A DNA stretch of 63,322 bases, counting the filler, from Stramenopiles sp. TOSAG23-2 (taxonomy: Eukaryota): assembly GCA_900128395.1 (NCBI GenBank). It is 29 parts of 29 records of this genome, joined end to end, with 100 filler letters (N's around TTAATTAATTAA, not from the genome) between each part and the next. Parts side by side here need not be neighbours in the genome. Positions count along the whole stretch, not along the records: positions 1 to 7,658 come from LT650290.1; positions 7,759 to 15,413 come from LT650291.1; 27 more parts are not named here. One strand, given 5' to 3'. The first letter of the stretch is position 1. Each line of letters starts with the position of its first letter. The translations under genes and the position numbers were made by a program. This document shows positions 1 through 11,403 of the stretch, piece by piece. The notes beneath the pieces were generated by a model. That model was not told the origin of the DNA, made no database searches, and saw only the letters and a program-made list of their open reading frames with translations.

Positions 1-1039
1 GCAGTTTTTCGGCCCCTATTACCTATTAAACATTTTTACAAACTAACTCCTACCTATTTTATTATAGTATCCAATAAGAGCATATCCTCTACTGGCATAC
101 ATGCGAATAGCATAGCGGGGTTTCCTGAGTACATCTCCTCGAGCATCTCCTGAAATTGAAGTGGAACAACAATGTGTATAATGAATTTGTTATAAGATAT
201 AAATACCATTGTGCAAAAACTACGTGCAACTATCTTAGATCATATTTGCACATTTCATATATGAATACGTGTTCTTTCTTGAAATTGTATAGGAATAGCA
301 CTGCATTCGTAATCTCGAATGAATTTATACACGTAATCGCTGGAAAATCTTGATGTGGGGATTTCGATGGGCGGATTTTTGAATTAAGAAAAAACAGAAG
401 ATGGAATTTTACTATCAAAATAAAATTATAATATTTATCATAATTTATATATACACAGGATATAAATATTATTAACATATGTATCTATCTATATCGTATA
501 TTTTAATATTATATTATTTGAGTATAATATATAATAGTAAAAACGGTTGTGATTTCCGGACACCGTGTGTAACAAAAGAAATATATATATATATCTATAG
601 ACAAATAAGATAAGTGATGACGACAACCAATTCCATCTATATATAGTATATCGTCATTCTTCTTCTTCCAGATTTTTGTGTTCAGGTATTAAACTATTAT
701 TAATACCTGATTTTTGTAAATTTTTTTATCTATATTTATACAGTATTTATAAATAAAAAAAAAAAAGAAGAAGAAAGAAAGAAATTGAAAGATCGTGATA
801 TATTTTGTTATAGGGTACTGTATATATATAAATTCCCAAAATAAAAAGAAGAAAATAAATTGGAAAACAAAGAAATACATAATACATCGTCAAGCAAAAA
901 AGTATATCATTTTATACATACATTGTACATATATAGAAAGTATAGTTTATATAGTTTGTCAAATAGTAATAATAAAGTAAATATAAGAAAAATAGTAGTA
1001 CGTAAAAAGTAATTTAATAATACAATAGCAAAGAAAAGG

Positions 1040-3840
1040 ATGAAACTACGTGTTAAATTTAACGACGGTCGAAAGCGTATCCTTGAAGTGCGTGAATGGT
1101 CCAATATACACGATGTAAAAAATTTAATCAAAGGTGTTGAAGGTATAGCACCAGAACGGCAACGATTGTTTTTTAGAGGTAGGGAAGTGGACAATTCATG
1201 GTGTGTAGCATCTGCTGAAGATGGTTGTACACTTTTTTGTGTTGTGAAGTCATCAGACACATCACAACGTTATGCTGCTAAAATCAATTTGTGCGCATCG
1301 TCGTCAACAACTGCTAAACGTTTACGTGAATGTATGTTAGCTGCACAACGTGGCCTATCATTGAATTTAAAACCTTTATTAGCAGTTGAAGGGTTGGGAG
1401 GAACGTATTTTTTACGCGATAATAAAAAACAATGCGTCGCTTGTTTCAAGCCGCAAGATGAAGAACCTGGTGGAATTAACAATCCAAGAGGTTTAGTTGG
1501 TATGCATGGTCAGATTGCACAGGAACGTGGTATTAAAGCAGGTGAAGCGTGTGCGAGAGAGATGGCTGCATATTTATTAGACCATGAACGTTTTGCTGGC
1601 GTCCCTGCTACTGCCATGGCGGAAGCCTCGCATCATAGTTTCAATCACTCGAACGGGAAAGAAAAACCAAAATTAGGTATGTTACAAGAATATGTCATAC
1701 ACGATGATGTCGCTGGTGATTTAAGTCCAGATTTATTCTCTGTAAATGAAGTTCATAAAATTGGTATTTTAGATATACGTTGTGTCAATACAGATAGAAA
1801 CGAGGGAAATATTTTAGTACGCTATGGAAGAGACAAAACGGAATATGCGCGTAAGGATGGGTTTACACATTCATTACCAAAATGGAGGCAAGTGAAACGT
1901 AGTGCAAATAATATAACATTGGTTCCGATTGACCATGGCTATTGCTTCCCTAAAACATTTAACATTGGTTGGTGCGATTGGTGTTGGCTTGGATGGAAAC
2001 AAACAAAGAAACCATTCGATAAAAAAACATTAGAGTACATCTCAAAATTAGACCCAGATGCAGATATAGAACGACTTAGGAAGGAAACGGATATACCAAA
2101 AGAATGCTTGCGTAATTCGAAAATTGCCACTGTATTGTTGAAACAAGGTGCAGCAGCTGGTTTATTGCTATTTGAAATTGCTGATATTATGTCACGAAAT
2201 AACTTGGAACGACCAAGTGATTTAGAAGAAGCTGTTGCACGAGCACAAGCAATGGCAAAAGCATTTTTAAAAAGCCCAAGAGCACGTGGTTTGCTAAATG
2301 CCGAGATGAATCATCGTCACGGTGATAGTTCTACACCTATGTTGTCTCCACCAAGACGACATAGGCGAAAAAAAAGTAACTCTGGTAGTACCGGTAAAAG
2401 TAAAACGAATACCGTAACAGCCGTTAATAGTTACGGTAATAATCAAACACCGTCCCCAATACGTAAACCGATGGATGGAGTTACGCTGAATATAAGCAAT
2501 CCTTTGGATGGCGATGACGGTAGTAACAGCAGCAGTGGTAATATCAACCGAAATTTATTAAATGCATTTGAAATGTCACCAATACATGAAGCGCGCTTGA
2601 AGAAAGAAGATGAATCAAACTTTCGTAGACAACATAGCCGTGAATTTAAAGATATAGAAAATGCATTAAGTTCTATGTTGTTATCCCCAGTTGAAGAAGT
2701 CGGTGTGAATTTCAACATGGCGACGGAGGAGAAGGATAACAACCAAAACATGATGATGATGTAAATGAAATTAGTGAGAGTAATATTGGTATGGACATTG
2801 ATGCAGATGATGAAGGCGACGATGATGATTATTTAGACAAAGATGCCCCATTGCTGAGTGAAGCAAAAGACAGTACAATTTCACCACCAAGTGTTAAACG
2901 CAGAAAAAGCTCAGATGGAAGCATGCGACCACCTCGTATACCAATTGCTAATCGAACAATATCATCTGAACGAAAACCACGAAAACAATCGAAGGGGCCA
3001 CGTATATTTGAAGCATCGCCACTTTTACGCCCTGCTGACGTATCAACTTTAAAGACTGCTGGTTTCTTTGAAAATAATTTAACAAATGTTGAGGAGACAA
3101 AAACAAAAGGAAAGGATGGGTTGAAAAATTTCGATTTAGATGGAACTAATGAATTGAAAGAGACACCACCATATGGAGCAAATAATAGTAGCAATAATAG
3201 CAAATCGCTGGGAGTTGAAACATCTCCAATGATGGAAAGCACTATGAATACTACTGAAATCATGATGATCAAAGGCAACAAAACAGCAGACAAAGCTAGC
3301 AATGGCGTTGGGAAATCACCACAACGACCACGAGTAGATTCTCTTTGTACAAGTGATGATGAAACCTTCCTACGGTCTCCAGCACGTACACCAAATGATA
3401 AATCTAATTCGTCAGACGGATCTCCAAATTCAAATTCGAGAAGTTCCTCTCCCAACAGCGTGCCAACATCTCCAACTGGTCACATCCCACTTACACGTAC
3501 ATTTAGTTATTCCGAAGCCATGTTTTCTTTACCAGGGCAATCATACAACTTTAACTCGGGTCCAAGAACTTTACGTGCGCGTCGTAGCGGTGATAATTTA
3601 GATGCCGTATATGGCGATCCAATAATGTTTGATAAATGTTTCTTTGGTTATTTAGAGAAATTACTAAGCGATTTAATATCATTCCGTTTAAGAACCAGAA
3701 AAGCAAAAGAACAAAAAAGCAAGAAGAAGAATGGTGCGAAAATATTTACCAAAGTTGCGAAAGGTGCATCAAGCGAGAAGAGGTTAAGTGCACCAAGTGC
3801 ACCAAGTGCACAAACTGCTATGAACATTTTGACGCGTTGA
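1040..3840 (+). CDS. Phosphatidylinositol 4-kinase type II (gamma-like) with N-terminal ubiquitin-like domain; apparent frameshift near 2745
   Basis: Ubl (EGIAPERQRLFFRG), kinase motifs GLGGTYF, FKPQDEEP, REMAAYLLD, NTDRNEGNIL, LVPIDHGYCFP. ORFs 1040-2764 and 2791-3840 join through a one-base shift (second frame open from 2740: KHDDDVNEISESNIG). Confidence 0.85.
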
Positions 3841-4136
3841 AATCAGTGCATTTGTACATTAATATATACATGTTTTGTATAGTTTTATAATTACACCACA
3901 TATTAAATATATGATATTGTCATTTTATGTTTTGTGGTATCATAATTATTAAATAATATGTATGATATGATAATACACACATAATATTTATTTTAAAATA
4001 TTAAAAAATGAAAATTTGTTTTGAGTTGTGTGTACGAATTCGTATATAAAAAAGTGAATTTTTAATAAAAAAAATTCTACGAAAAAATAAATTAACGAGA
4101 GATATTACAACCGAAGCGTTTGTGCGAGATTTGTTT

Positions 4137-6488
4137 TTACAAACCATAGATATGCTTCACTGCAACATCTTGCGCAAACTTTAATAAACTATTTAACGAG
4201 CTTATCTTCCCTTCAAAACCATCACCTGAGCATAAACTTTCTAATCCGACTAATAGACCTGCTAAAAATGCATCACCAGCCCCAACGGTTGATTTTAGTG
4301 TAACACCTTCTGGTATGATTGGTCTTTCAAATGTATTTGATTCTCCTACCCAACAAGAAATAATCATATTGCCTAAGCTAGTAGGTTCTCCTAATGCAGA
4401 ACGAAATTGTTGACGCACTATATTTATATCATCATTCATATGTAAAAATGCACCGGAGCTACCTAATGTAATTGCTACCAAAGCAACGTTGTATTTTAAA
4501 AATGCATTTGACAATATGTTCAAATCATCTATTGTTACCTTTGAAAAATCATCCTCTCCGTCGTCCACCAATTTTAAAAGGTGTGCTGGAATCAGCCCCT
4601 CATTGTCGTTTGCGAAGGCTATTGCTTCATGAATGTTTGCATGCACTACTGCAATATATGGTAAAGCATCGCTAACAATATCTTTTACATTTGGTCCAAT
4701 TGATGCTGATGTAGCACCATTCATGTCTACTGATATTGCTATATCAATCTTTGCCAATTCCATACACAAATCACTTAAGTTTGATCGTTGTAATTGTGTC
4801 AACTCAAAGGGATATCCTAAATTAATCCATAATAATTCTCGCAACATATCAATCCGCTTGCAACCCAAGCCTACTTCTCCTATTATCGAATCTTTATTCA
4901 ATAATGCAGTTGCACCTTGTATTACTATACATGCTCGTTCACCGCTATCATATACAGGCAAAAACGATACTTGTGTTGACGCTTCGTTTGTTCTGGCTAC
5001 GTAACGTGTACCAACATTATTTGCTTCCATTTCCTTTAATATGAAATCACCATCATTATCTACACCGATCAACGTTAACGCTTCGCAACGTACGTTATCA
5101 AATGATGCAACAGTTTTAGATGTGTTTGGTACTGAACCACCACAACGACGATGGAAGGATTTTGCAAAAACATGTGCAGTGCTATGATCAATAACATCTG
5201 TGCCTTCAATAATATAATCCACACATGTCAATCCAGCACAACAAATACCACTACGTTTTTCTACTGCAGGAGAAAACGGATATACAGACAATAAAAGTAA
5301 TTTTTCATTTGAATTATTATTAACAATATCTAATGTTGTATCTGGTACAATAAGTAGCTCCCGTGCATTATTATTTTGATAATCTACATCAATACCGTTA
5401 ATAATACCACTACCAAGCCAAACAACCATTGCACATGGCATATCTGTTTTCTTTAAGCTATATTTCTCACCTGGGTTCAATTCAATAGCTTCTCCATAAA
5501 AACGATTAAAAAAGGTTTGTAATCTTCTCCCCCACTGTCCCTCTTCTATTGTCTTACTAGGGTGAAAATATTTTTCTTTAAAATTTTCTACTGATGTTAG
5601 TGACATATTAACAACTTCATCGAACAACGACGCTTCATCTGGCATCCCTTTCAACATCGTTCGATCCCTTTCCTCTTTTAAATTCTCTTCACCTTCAATT
5701 TTTTGTCCTAATTGCCATGCTAATAAATTGCCATCATCTTGTGGCAACTGTACTTCGAACGTCAAATACGGTCCTGGAGCATGAATCACACCACATTCAA
5801 TGGTCCAACCACTAAATGGTTCGACATCGTAAACATTTAAATGGGTATACATATCGTCATCAATACCAAATCTACACATACATGAGCATAATGTTTCTTT
5901 ACTGGTCCCTGGTTTTATCCCGAGCCTTGTTTTTGCACCAACAACTTCTTTACCCTTTGGTAATGGTGGGAAAAAATATGCTTCCAACTTCCCATGTCCA
6001 CAACATCTACCATCGCATATATAACCATTATGCACATGACATGGAATTGGTGGGACTTCTTCCGGTGCTAATTTGCCGCTAAAAGTTGGTTGAGTTGCCC
6101 TTCCACCGATATCCAAAACTTTAATTAATGGCCAAGAATGCTTATATTTTCCTAGAACTTCAAGTTCAGCAATTTTCAAAATATCAGAGAATAGAGCTGT
6201 TTCATTATCGTCCATAAAAAATTTTGCAACGCCTTCGTTGTCTTTCATTATAGGATTTCCAGCCATAACAGTCGAACATAACCACCATTCAACTGGTACA
6301 TACCCACGTTCATCACCATGTTTTTCTTTATCAGAATTAGGTGCTAATATATCTCTCCCAAGATATGTATGCCGTCCCACCAAAGATGGTTTAGCCACTA
6401 AAATGCCAGAGTTGGACTTTAATGTATTTAATACTTTCTGGCGCAATTGCTTCTTACTATCCGCGACATCGCTTGCAATTGACGACAT
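4137..6488 (-). CDS. Fusion of a phosphomannose-isomerase-like cupin domain and a PfkB/ribokinase-family carbohydrate kinase
   Basis: N-half: HxH (IPCHVH), KLEAY, IHAPG, FEVQLPQD cupin metal motifs. C-half: AGLTCVD, GGSVPN, ITLGSSGA and anion-hole motif STVGAGDAFLAG. Confidence 0.75.
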   Translation of the reverse strand: MSSIASDVADSKKQLRQKVLNTLKSNSGILVAKPSLVGRHTYLGRDILAPNSDKEKHGDERGYVPVEWWLCSTVMAGNPIMKDNEGVAKFFMDDNETALFSDILKIAELEVLGKYKHSWPLIKVLDIGGRATQPTFSGKLAPEEVPPIPCHVHNGYICDGRCCGHGKLEAYFFPPLPKGKEVVGAKTRLGIKPGTSKETLCSCMCRFGIDDDMYTHLNVYDVEPFSGWTIECGVIHAPGPYLTFEVQLPQDDGNLLAWQLGQKIEGEENLKEERDRTMLKGMPDEASLFDEVVNMSLTSVENFKEKYFHPSKTIEEGQWGRRLQTFFNRFYGEAIELNPGEKYSLKKTDMPCAMVVWLGSGIINGIDVDYQNNNARELLIVPDTTLDIVNNNSNEKLLLLSVYPFSPAVEKRSGICCAGLTCVDYIIEGTDVIDHSTAHVFAKSFHRRCGGSVPNTSKTVASFDNVRCEALTLIGVDNDGDFILKEMEANNVGTRYVARTNEASTQVSFLPVYDSGERACIVIQGATALLNKDSIIGEVGLGCKRIDMLRELLWINLGYPFELTQLQRSNLSDLCMELAKIDIAISVDMNGATSASIGPNVKDIVSDALPYIAVVHANIHEAIAFANDNEGLIPAHLLKLVDDGEDDFSKVTIDDLNILSNAFLKYNVALVAITLGSSGAFLHMNDDINIVRQQFRSALGEPTSLGNMIISCWVGESNTFERPIIPEGVTLKSTVGAGDAFLAGLLVGLESLCSGDGFEGKISSLNSLLKFAQDVAVKHIYGL

Positions 6489-7404
6489 GATATAAATAAT
6501 TATTTTGTATATTGATATGAAAATAATTCAATGAATAGATCCAGTTGATTTTTTGTACTAAAGGTAATATATATATTATACCTTTCAGGATTCCATATAT
6601 TTTTTTTCTTCGCTAATAATACTTCTATTATTGAAATTATTATGTTGTTATATTATTATTGTTATATAGTGATGATGATGATGGGCTCATGGTATTATTT
6701 TATATTTTAATTTTGTTGTTTGTTTTTTTTTGTTGGTTTTACAATAACATAATTTGGTACAAGATTTACTGTAGTGTATCATATAGGATATTATACAATT
6801 TAATTTATTAAATTCGAAAATTTTTCTATAAGAGAAAACTGTTTTTTTTGTCGCACATATATATGTGTGTCATATATATTATTGTACATTATGAAAACAA
6901 CTATACAGATGTATATATGTTGTTATTCAATTTATTTATTTTTATGCTATGGCACCTGCTATGCAGTTGCCAATAATATAAAAGATAATGGATGGAATAT
7001 GGCCACATGATATATATATATTTACTTGATGAAATCCAGTCCCTGTGCCTGGTGTGCTGTTGTGCTGTTGTGCGCGCACGTGCTTGGATAAAATATAAAA
7101 TATCTTTACCTGCCAATATGCTAATGCTGTGTCCTGCTTTTTGAGCAACAAAACAAAAACACAAAGAACGCAAGAAGCACACGTGGTAGTAAAATCGGCC
7201 TCTATATTAGAGCTCGTGTGCAGATTTTGATGTAAAATAATTGAGGGAAAGAGAAGCGGGCTGCGATTAGGCGCGACTGGAACACTGAAATAAATTACGA
7301 AAATTCAATTTAAACCAACACTCAAGTTTTAGCTAATACTGTAACAATACGAAGTCGTATGTGAATTTTATGTGATAATCGTATTGGAGAGAACGACGGC
7401 TCTG

Positions 7405-7560
7405 TATAGTGCTTCAAAGAAAGATACAATTTTTATTAAAAATTAGGAATAGTGCAATATACTGAGATTAATATAGTATTATAGTGCTTCAAAGAAAGAT
7501 ACGCGTACAATTTATTAAAAATTAGGAATAGTGCAATATATGATACTGAGATTAATATAT
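7405..7560. repeat. Imperfect tandem duplication (~75-bp unit)
   Basis: TATAGTGCTTCAAAGAAAGATAC...AATTAGGAATAGTGCAATATA...CTGAGATTAATATA occurs twice in tandem. Confidence 0.85.
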
Positions 7561-7613
7561 ATTATAATATACGACTCGTAATATAATATACGAGTAATAT
7601 ATAAACGAGAGCG

Positions 7614-7658
7614 CATGGAAGGATAGAAACCTACTCGTGCTTGTAGAGTATTAGTTTG
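7614..7658 (-). repeat. Dispersed ~200-bp repeat family, partial copy (cut by contig end)
   Basis: Reverse complement CAAACTAATACTCTACAAGCACGAGTAGGTTTCTATCCTTCCATG matches 33014-33044 and 59724-59766. Confidence 0.85.
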
Positions 7659-7758
7659 NNNNNNNNNNNNNNNNNNNNNNNNNNNNNNNNNNNNNNNNNN
7701 NNTTAATTAATTAANNNNNNNNNNNNNNNNNNNNNNNNNNNNNNNNNNNNNNNNNNNN
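7659..7758. other. Artificial contig spacer N44-TTAATTAATTAA-N44 (first of 28)
   Basis: Identical six-frame-stop 12-mer inside N runs at 7703, 15458, 23212, 24762, 26312, 27862, 29412, 30962, 32511, 34060, 35608, 37155, 38702, 40249, 41795, 43341, 44884, 46426, 47967, 49508, 51049, 52590, 54130, 55670, 57210, 58750, 60289, 61828. Confidence 0.99.
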
Positions 7759-7787
7759 TATAAACGTGTTATATCATATATTTTTAC

Positions 7788-9039
7788 ATGATGAATCATC
7801 ATAATAATTCGTCACAACAATCAAATGCAACTTTCTATTCACAAACGTCGAATAGTAGTAGTAGTAGTAGTAGTACTCGCAGTGGTGGTGGTGGTGGTAT
7901 TGATCGTGTATTTAATTCTTTGGGTAATATTACACAAGATGGTTATGATTTAGAACAAAGGATGCATCAATATCAACAACAACATAAACATGATAAAAAA
8001 CAAATCACGACATATGATAAACGAATCAAAAATTTTGAAAAAACTATTACGAAAAAAGATGAAGAAAATTCTACTTTACGAGGTCAATTAAAATCACATG
8101 AATCGACGATTGCATCATTAGAAAAAGAAAAGAAAAATTTATCGGACACAATCAAAAAATTGAGCGATACTGTCAAACAAACGAATGAAGAAGAAAGGAA
8201 AACGAATGAAAAGTGGTTTGCTGTTGGCCAAAACGTTTCGTCAAAAGTTTCGACGTATTTAAAAAATTTTGATTTTAATAAATGTATTGAAGAGCAAAAA
8301 CAATTAGAAGATATTAACTCAACAACAACAAGAATAACAACAGTCATTGCAAATAATAATAATAATCAATTACAAAAACAACGTAAGCCTAATAATTCTC
8401 AAGAAATGGATATTGATAATGATGAAGAATCTATAAGTGAGCGTTTTGCAAAAGCAGCAGCAGCAGCAATCAATGGTGTTGTTGATAGAGATGAAATTGT
8501 AAGTCTGGTTGTTAAAAAATATCAAGAAATTGTTATTGAACATGATAAAAAAATGAATGATGTAGCATTATCAAGTCGTATAGAACAGATGAAGCGCGAT
8601 ATGGAAAACGACAAAGCTATTATCGAAAAGATGAAATCAAATATTGAAGTAGCTGATGAAGAGTTGAAAAACACCAAAGCCAGTCATGACGAATTAAAGA
8701 TTAATTACGATGAATTAGAACAAAAACATCGTGGGCTTATGAAAGAATATCAAGAGATACATGATGAATATGGATTATATCAACAGCAAGTTGAACGAGC
8801 TTTTCGCAATGGTTATGGTGGGGAAAATAGTAACTATAACAATGAAATTTCAACCGATAATACTGGAAACGATAATTCACAATTAACGACACATGATGCT
8901 GATAACGACAGGAATGGTGAAGTGATTGAAGAAGACCGACAACAACAAGACGCAGCAGCGGCAATTGTCCCTGTTAATGAAACGACTTCAGAATCATTAC
9001 CAGCAGTACATTCAACGCAAGAAACTCAAGAAAACCAAG
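7788..9039 (+). CDS. Coiled-coil protein of unknown function, 3' end lost in scaffold gap (9040-9576)
   Basis: Long ORF, heptad-rich E/K/Q segments, low-complexity S/G/N tracts. Confidence 0.65.
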
Positions 9040-9603
9040 NNNNNNNNNNNNNNNNNNNNNNNNNNNNNNNNNNNNNNNNNNNNNNNNNNNNNNNNNNNNN
9101 NNNNNNNNNNNNNNNNNNNNNNNNNNNNNNNNNNNNNNNNNNNNNNNNNNNNNNNNNNNNNNNNNNNNNNNNNNNNNNNNNNNNNNNNNNNNNNNNNNNN
9201 NNNNNNNNNNNNNNNNNNNNNNNNNNNNNNNNNNNNNNNNNNNNNNNNNNNNNNNNNNNNNNNNNNNNNNNNNNNNNNNNNNNNNNNNNNNNNNNNNNNN
9301 NNNNNNNNNNNNNNNNNNNNNNNNNNNNNNNNNNNNNNNNNNNNNNNNNNNNNNNNNNNNNNNNNNNNNNNNNNNNNNNNNNNNNNNNNNNNNNNNNNNN
9401 NNNNNNNNNNNNNNNNNNNNNNNNNNNNNNNNNNNNNNNNNNNNNNNNNNNNNNNNNNNNNNNNNNNNNNNNNNNNNNNNNNNNNNNNNNNNNNNNNNNN
9501 NNNNNNNNNNNNNNNNNNNNNNNNNNNNNNNNNNNNNNNNNNNNNNNNNNNNNNNNNNNNNNNNNNNNNNNNNNNNCGTAATACTATAGCTTCATCGTAC
9601 TTT

Positions 9604-11403
9604 TTACAATTTACTCGTATTATTATTATTATTAACATCTAATGCTTCCCTTGCTACCTTTGTAATTTCAATACTAGCAAGTCGCATATCATTTGAATCA
9701 CCTACATCTAATGGTTTAACAAATGCAACTCTGCTTCTACGTTTGCCATCTGTCATTGAACATAATATATCCATACCATAACGATCTATAGATAATACGA
9801 CAACATCATCTATATCGTTACTTGGTAGACCAGAAAATGCTTTTGCTACTAATATCATAGCATCATGATGATCTTCGTTTAAATGTTTCACTGCATCTGG
9901 TCCACCACCATTAATAACAACTGGATCTGGTTCACTATCAATCAATTCATTTCGACCAAACCAACTCATTTCTCCAAAACCACCAATGTAACGTATCGTT
10001 TTCACTTTAAATTCCAAACAATGAAAATCATCAAATTTTATATAATATGCTTTAGGATGTTTGTTTAAAAATGAATGTACTTCTAAATCTGTTTTCATAA
10101 CTTGTTCTACGTCACATAATAATGTCACACGAGCAGTAGCAAGATTATCACCTTCGCCTTGTTCAACACTTACTAATATTGAAGCTCTTGGATCTTTTTT
10201 TATATTTGCATAATGTTCTGCTAATTTGCTAACGAATGTTATAATACGATCATTCCCAATACGTGCAAAATTTATAATACTACCATATGGATATCCATTT
10301 GTATGATGTATCGTTGACATTGTACCTTTTGATATAGATTCAATTAATGATTGTACTTTCTCTGCATGTGTTGGTTTTCGTGCTGTATTTTCAAAATAGG
10401 TTACAGCTGAACCGGAATTAGAACGCATTGTGCTTGGTACGGAATGTCCTTGACGTCTAGCTTTTACTAATTCAATTGTTGGTGCTTCGTTTTCATTATC
10501 TTTGTCATTTGATGATGAAGCACTCGTTCGATTCGGTTTTACAATTCGTTCTAGTTGCTGTAACGAATTGTTTTTTCTTCTTCCTGTTGTCGATATAGAC
10601 GACAAATGATGATGAGGATATAAATGGTGCTGTGTACAATTTCTTATTCTACCATTTTTCAATAATGGCATATTAAATGGTTGATATGTTAAAATAATTG
10701 CACGTCGTGATTGATTTGTTGAATTACGCATGGAACCATGAACTGTATGCGGGTTAAAAAAACATACACTTCCTGCTTTAGCAATGATTGGGACTGCATT
10801 TTGTTCATTGAAGCTATTTTTGTCTGTAAAAAATCCTGGAAACTCAAAATCTTCATTGACTCGTCCTGGTAATACACCTTTTGTATGACTTTTTTGAACA
10901 ATATGTAACGCACCATTTTCTAACGTAGCATCATCAAAATATACAATAACATTTGGTAACAAGTCGACATTATGCTTACAATCATATTCCCAATATGGAG
11001 AATCTTGGTGGTATTCGAATGCAGAGCCATGCGGTCGTTTTAAATTCAATTTAGAAGTCCATAAGGACACACCTCCATGTACCTGTCCTAATATTTGCTC
11101 CATCGGTTCAACCAATCTTTTACTATCAACTAATTGTTCAAATGTTTTATCAAAATGATGTATAGGTTCAATAACACGAACAACATTATATTCCTTTTCT
11201 TTATCATGTTCAAATTGTACAGTTGTATTGCCGTTGTATCTTAAATCAACAAATCGATTCCCATCAATAGTATATGGTTTATTTCCATACATATTATTAT
11301 TTATAAATAATTTTGCTGCATTGACCGAATTTTCAGCTGCTATTTTAAGTTGTTTCACTTCACTTTGATCAAATAAATTATATTTAATTAAATATCCATT
11401 TTT
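9604..11403 (-). CDS. Phytanoyl-CoA dioxygenase (PhyH)-family Fe/2OG oxygenase fused to HugZ-like split barrel + DUF2470; 5'-truncated
   Basis: NGYLIKYNLF (frame open upstream of 11358), YHQDSPYW (HxD), ENGALHIV, TVHGSMRN..RRA. Then GYPYGS, SKLAEHYANIKKDPRASIL, RYIGGFGEMSW, KHLNEDH, IDRYGMDI. Confidence 0.8.
   Translation of the reverse strand, partial: KNGYLIKYNLFDQSEVKQLKIAAENSVNAAKLFINNNMYGNKPYTIDGNRFVDLRYNGNTTVQFEHDKEKEYNVVRVIEPIHHFDKTFEQLVDSKRLVEPMEQILGQVHGGVSLWTSKLNLKRPHGSAFEYHQDSPYWEYDCKHNVDLLPNVIVYFDDATLENGALHIVQKSHTKGVLPGRVNEDFEFPGFFTDKNSFNEQNAVPIIAKAGSVCFFNPHTVHGSMRNSTNQSRRAIILTYQPFNMPLLKNGRIRNCTQHHLYPHHHLSSISTTGRRKNNSLQQLERIVKPNRTSASSSNDKDNENEAPTIELVKARRQGHSVPSTMRSNSGSAVTYFENTARKPTHAEKVQSLIESISKGTMSTIHHTNGYPYGSIINFARIGNDRIITFVSKLAEHYANIKKDPRASILVSVEQGEGDNLATARVTLLCDVEQVMKTDLEVHSFLNKHPKAYYIKFDDFHCLEFKVKTIRYIGGFGEMSWFGRNELIDSEPDPVVINGGGPDAVKHLNEDHHDAMILVAKAFSGLPSNDIDDVVVLSIDRYGMDILCSMTDGKRRSRVAFVKPLDVGDSNDMRLASIEITKVAREALDVNNNNNTSKL

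Noticed and set aside
156-980. Short ORFs here and in other AT-rich intergenic regions (e.g. 6901-7182, 24528-24713, 32651-34071, 59282-59467), plus antisense ORFs inside long genes
   Set aside because: Ile/Tyr/Phe-rich translations of AT-rich or microsatellite DNA, or shadows of real genes; no motifs.
2762-2764. Stop-codon reassignment (alternative genetic code)
   Set aside because: The downstream ORF is in a different frame, and many long genes end normally at TAA/TGA/TAG.
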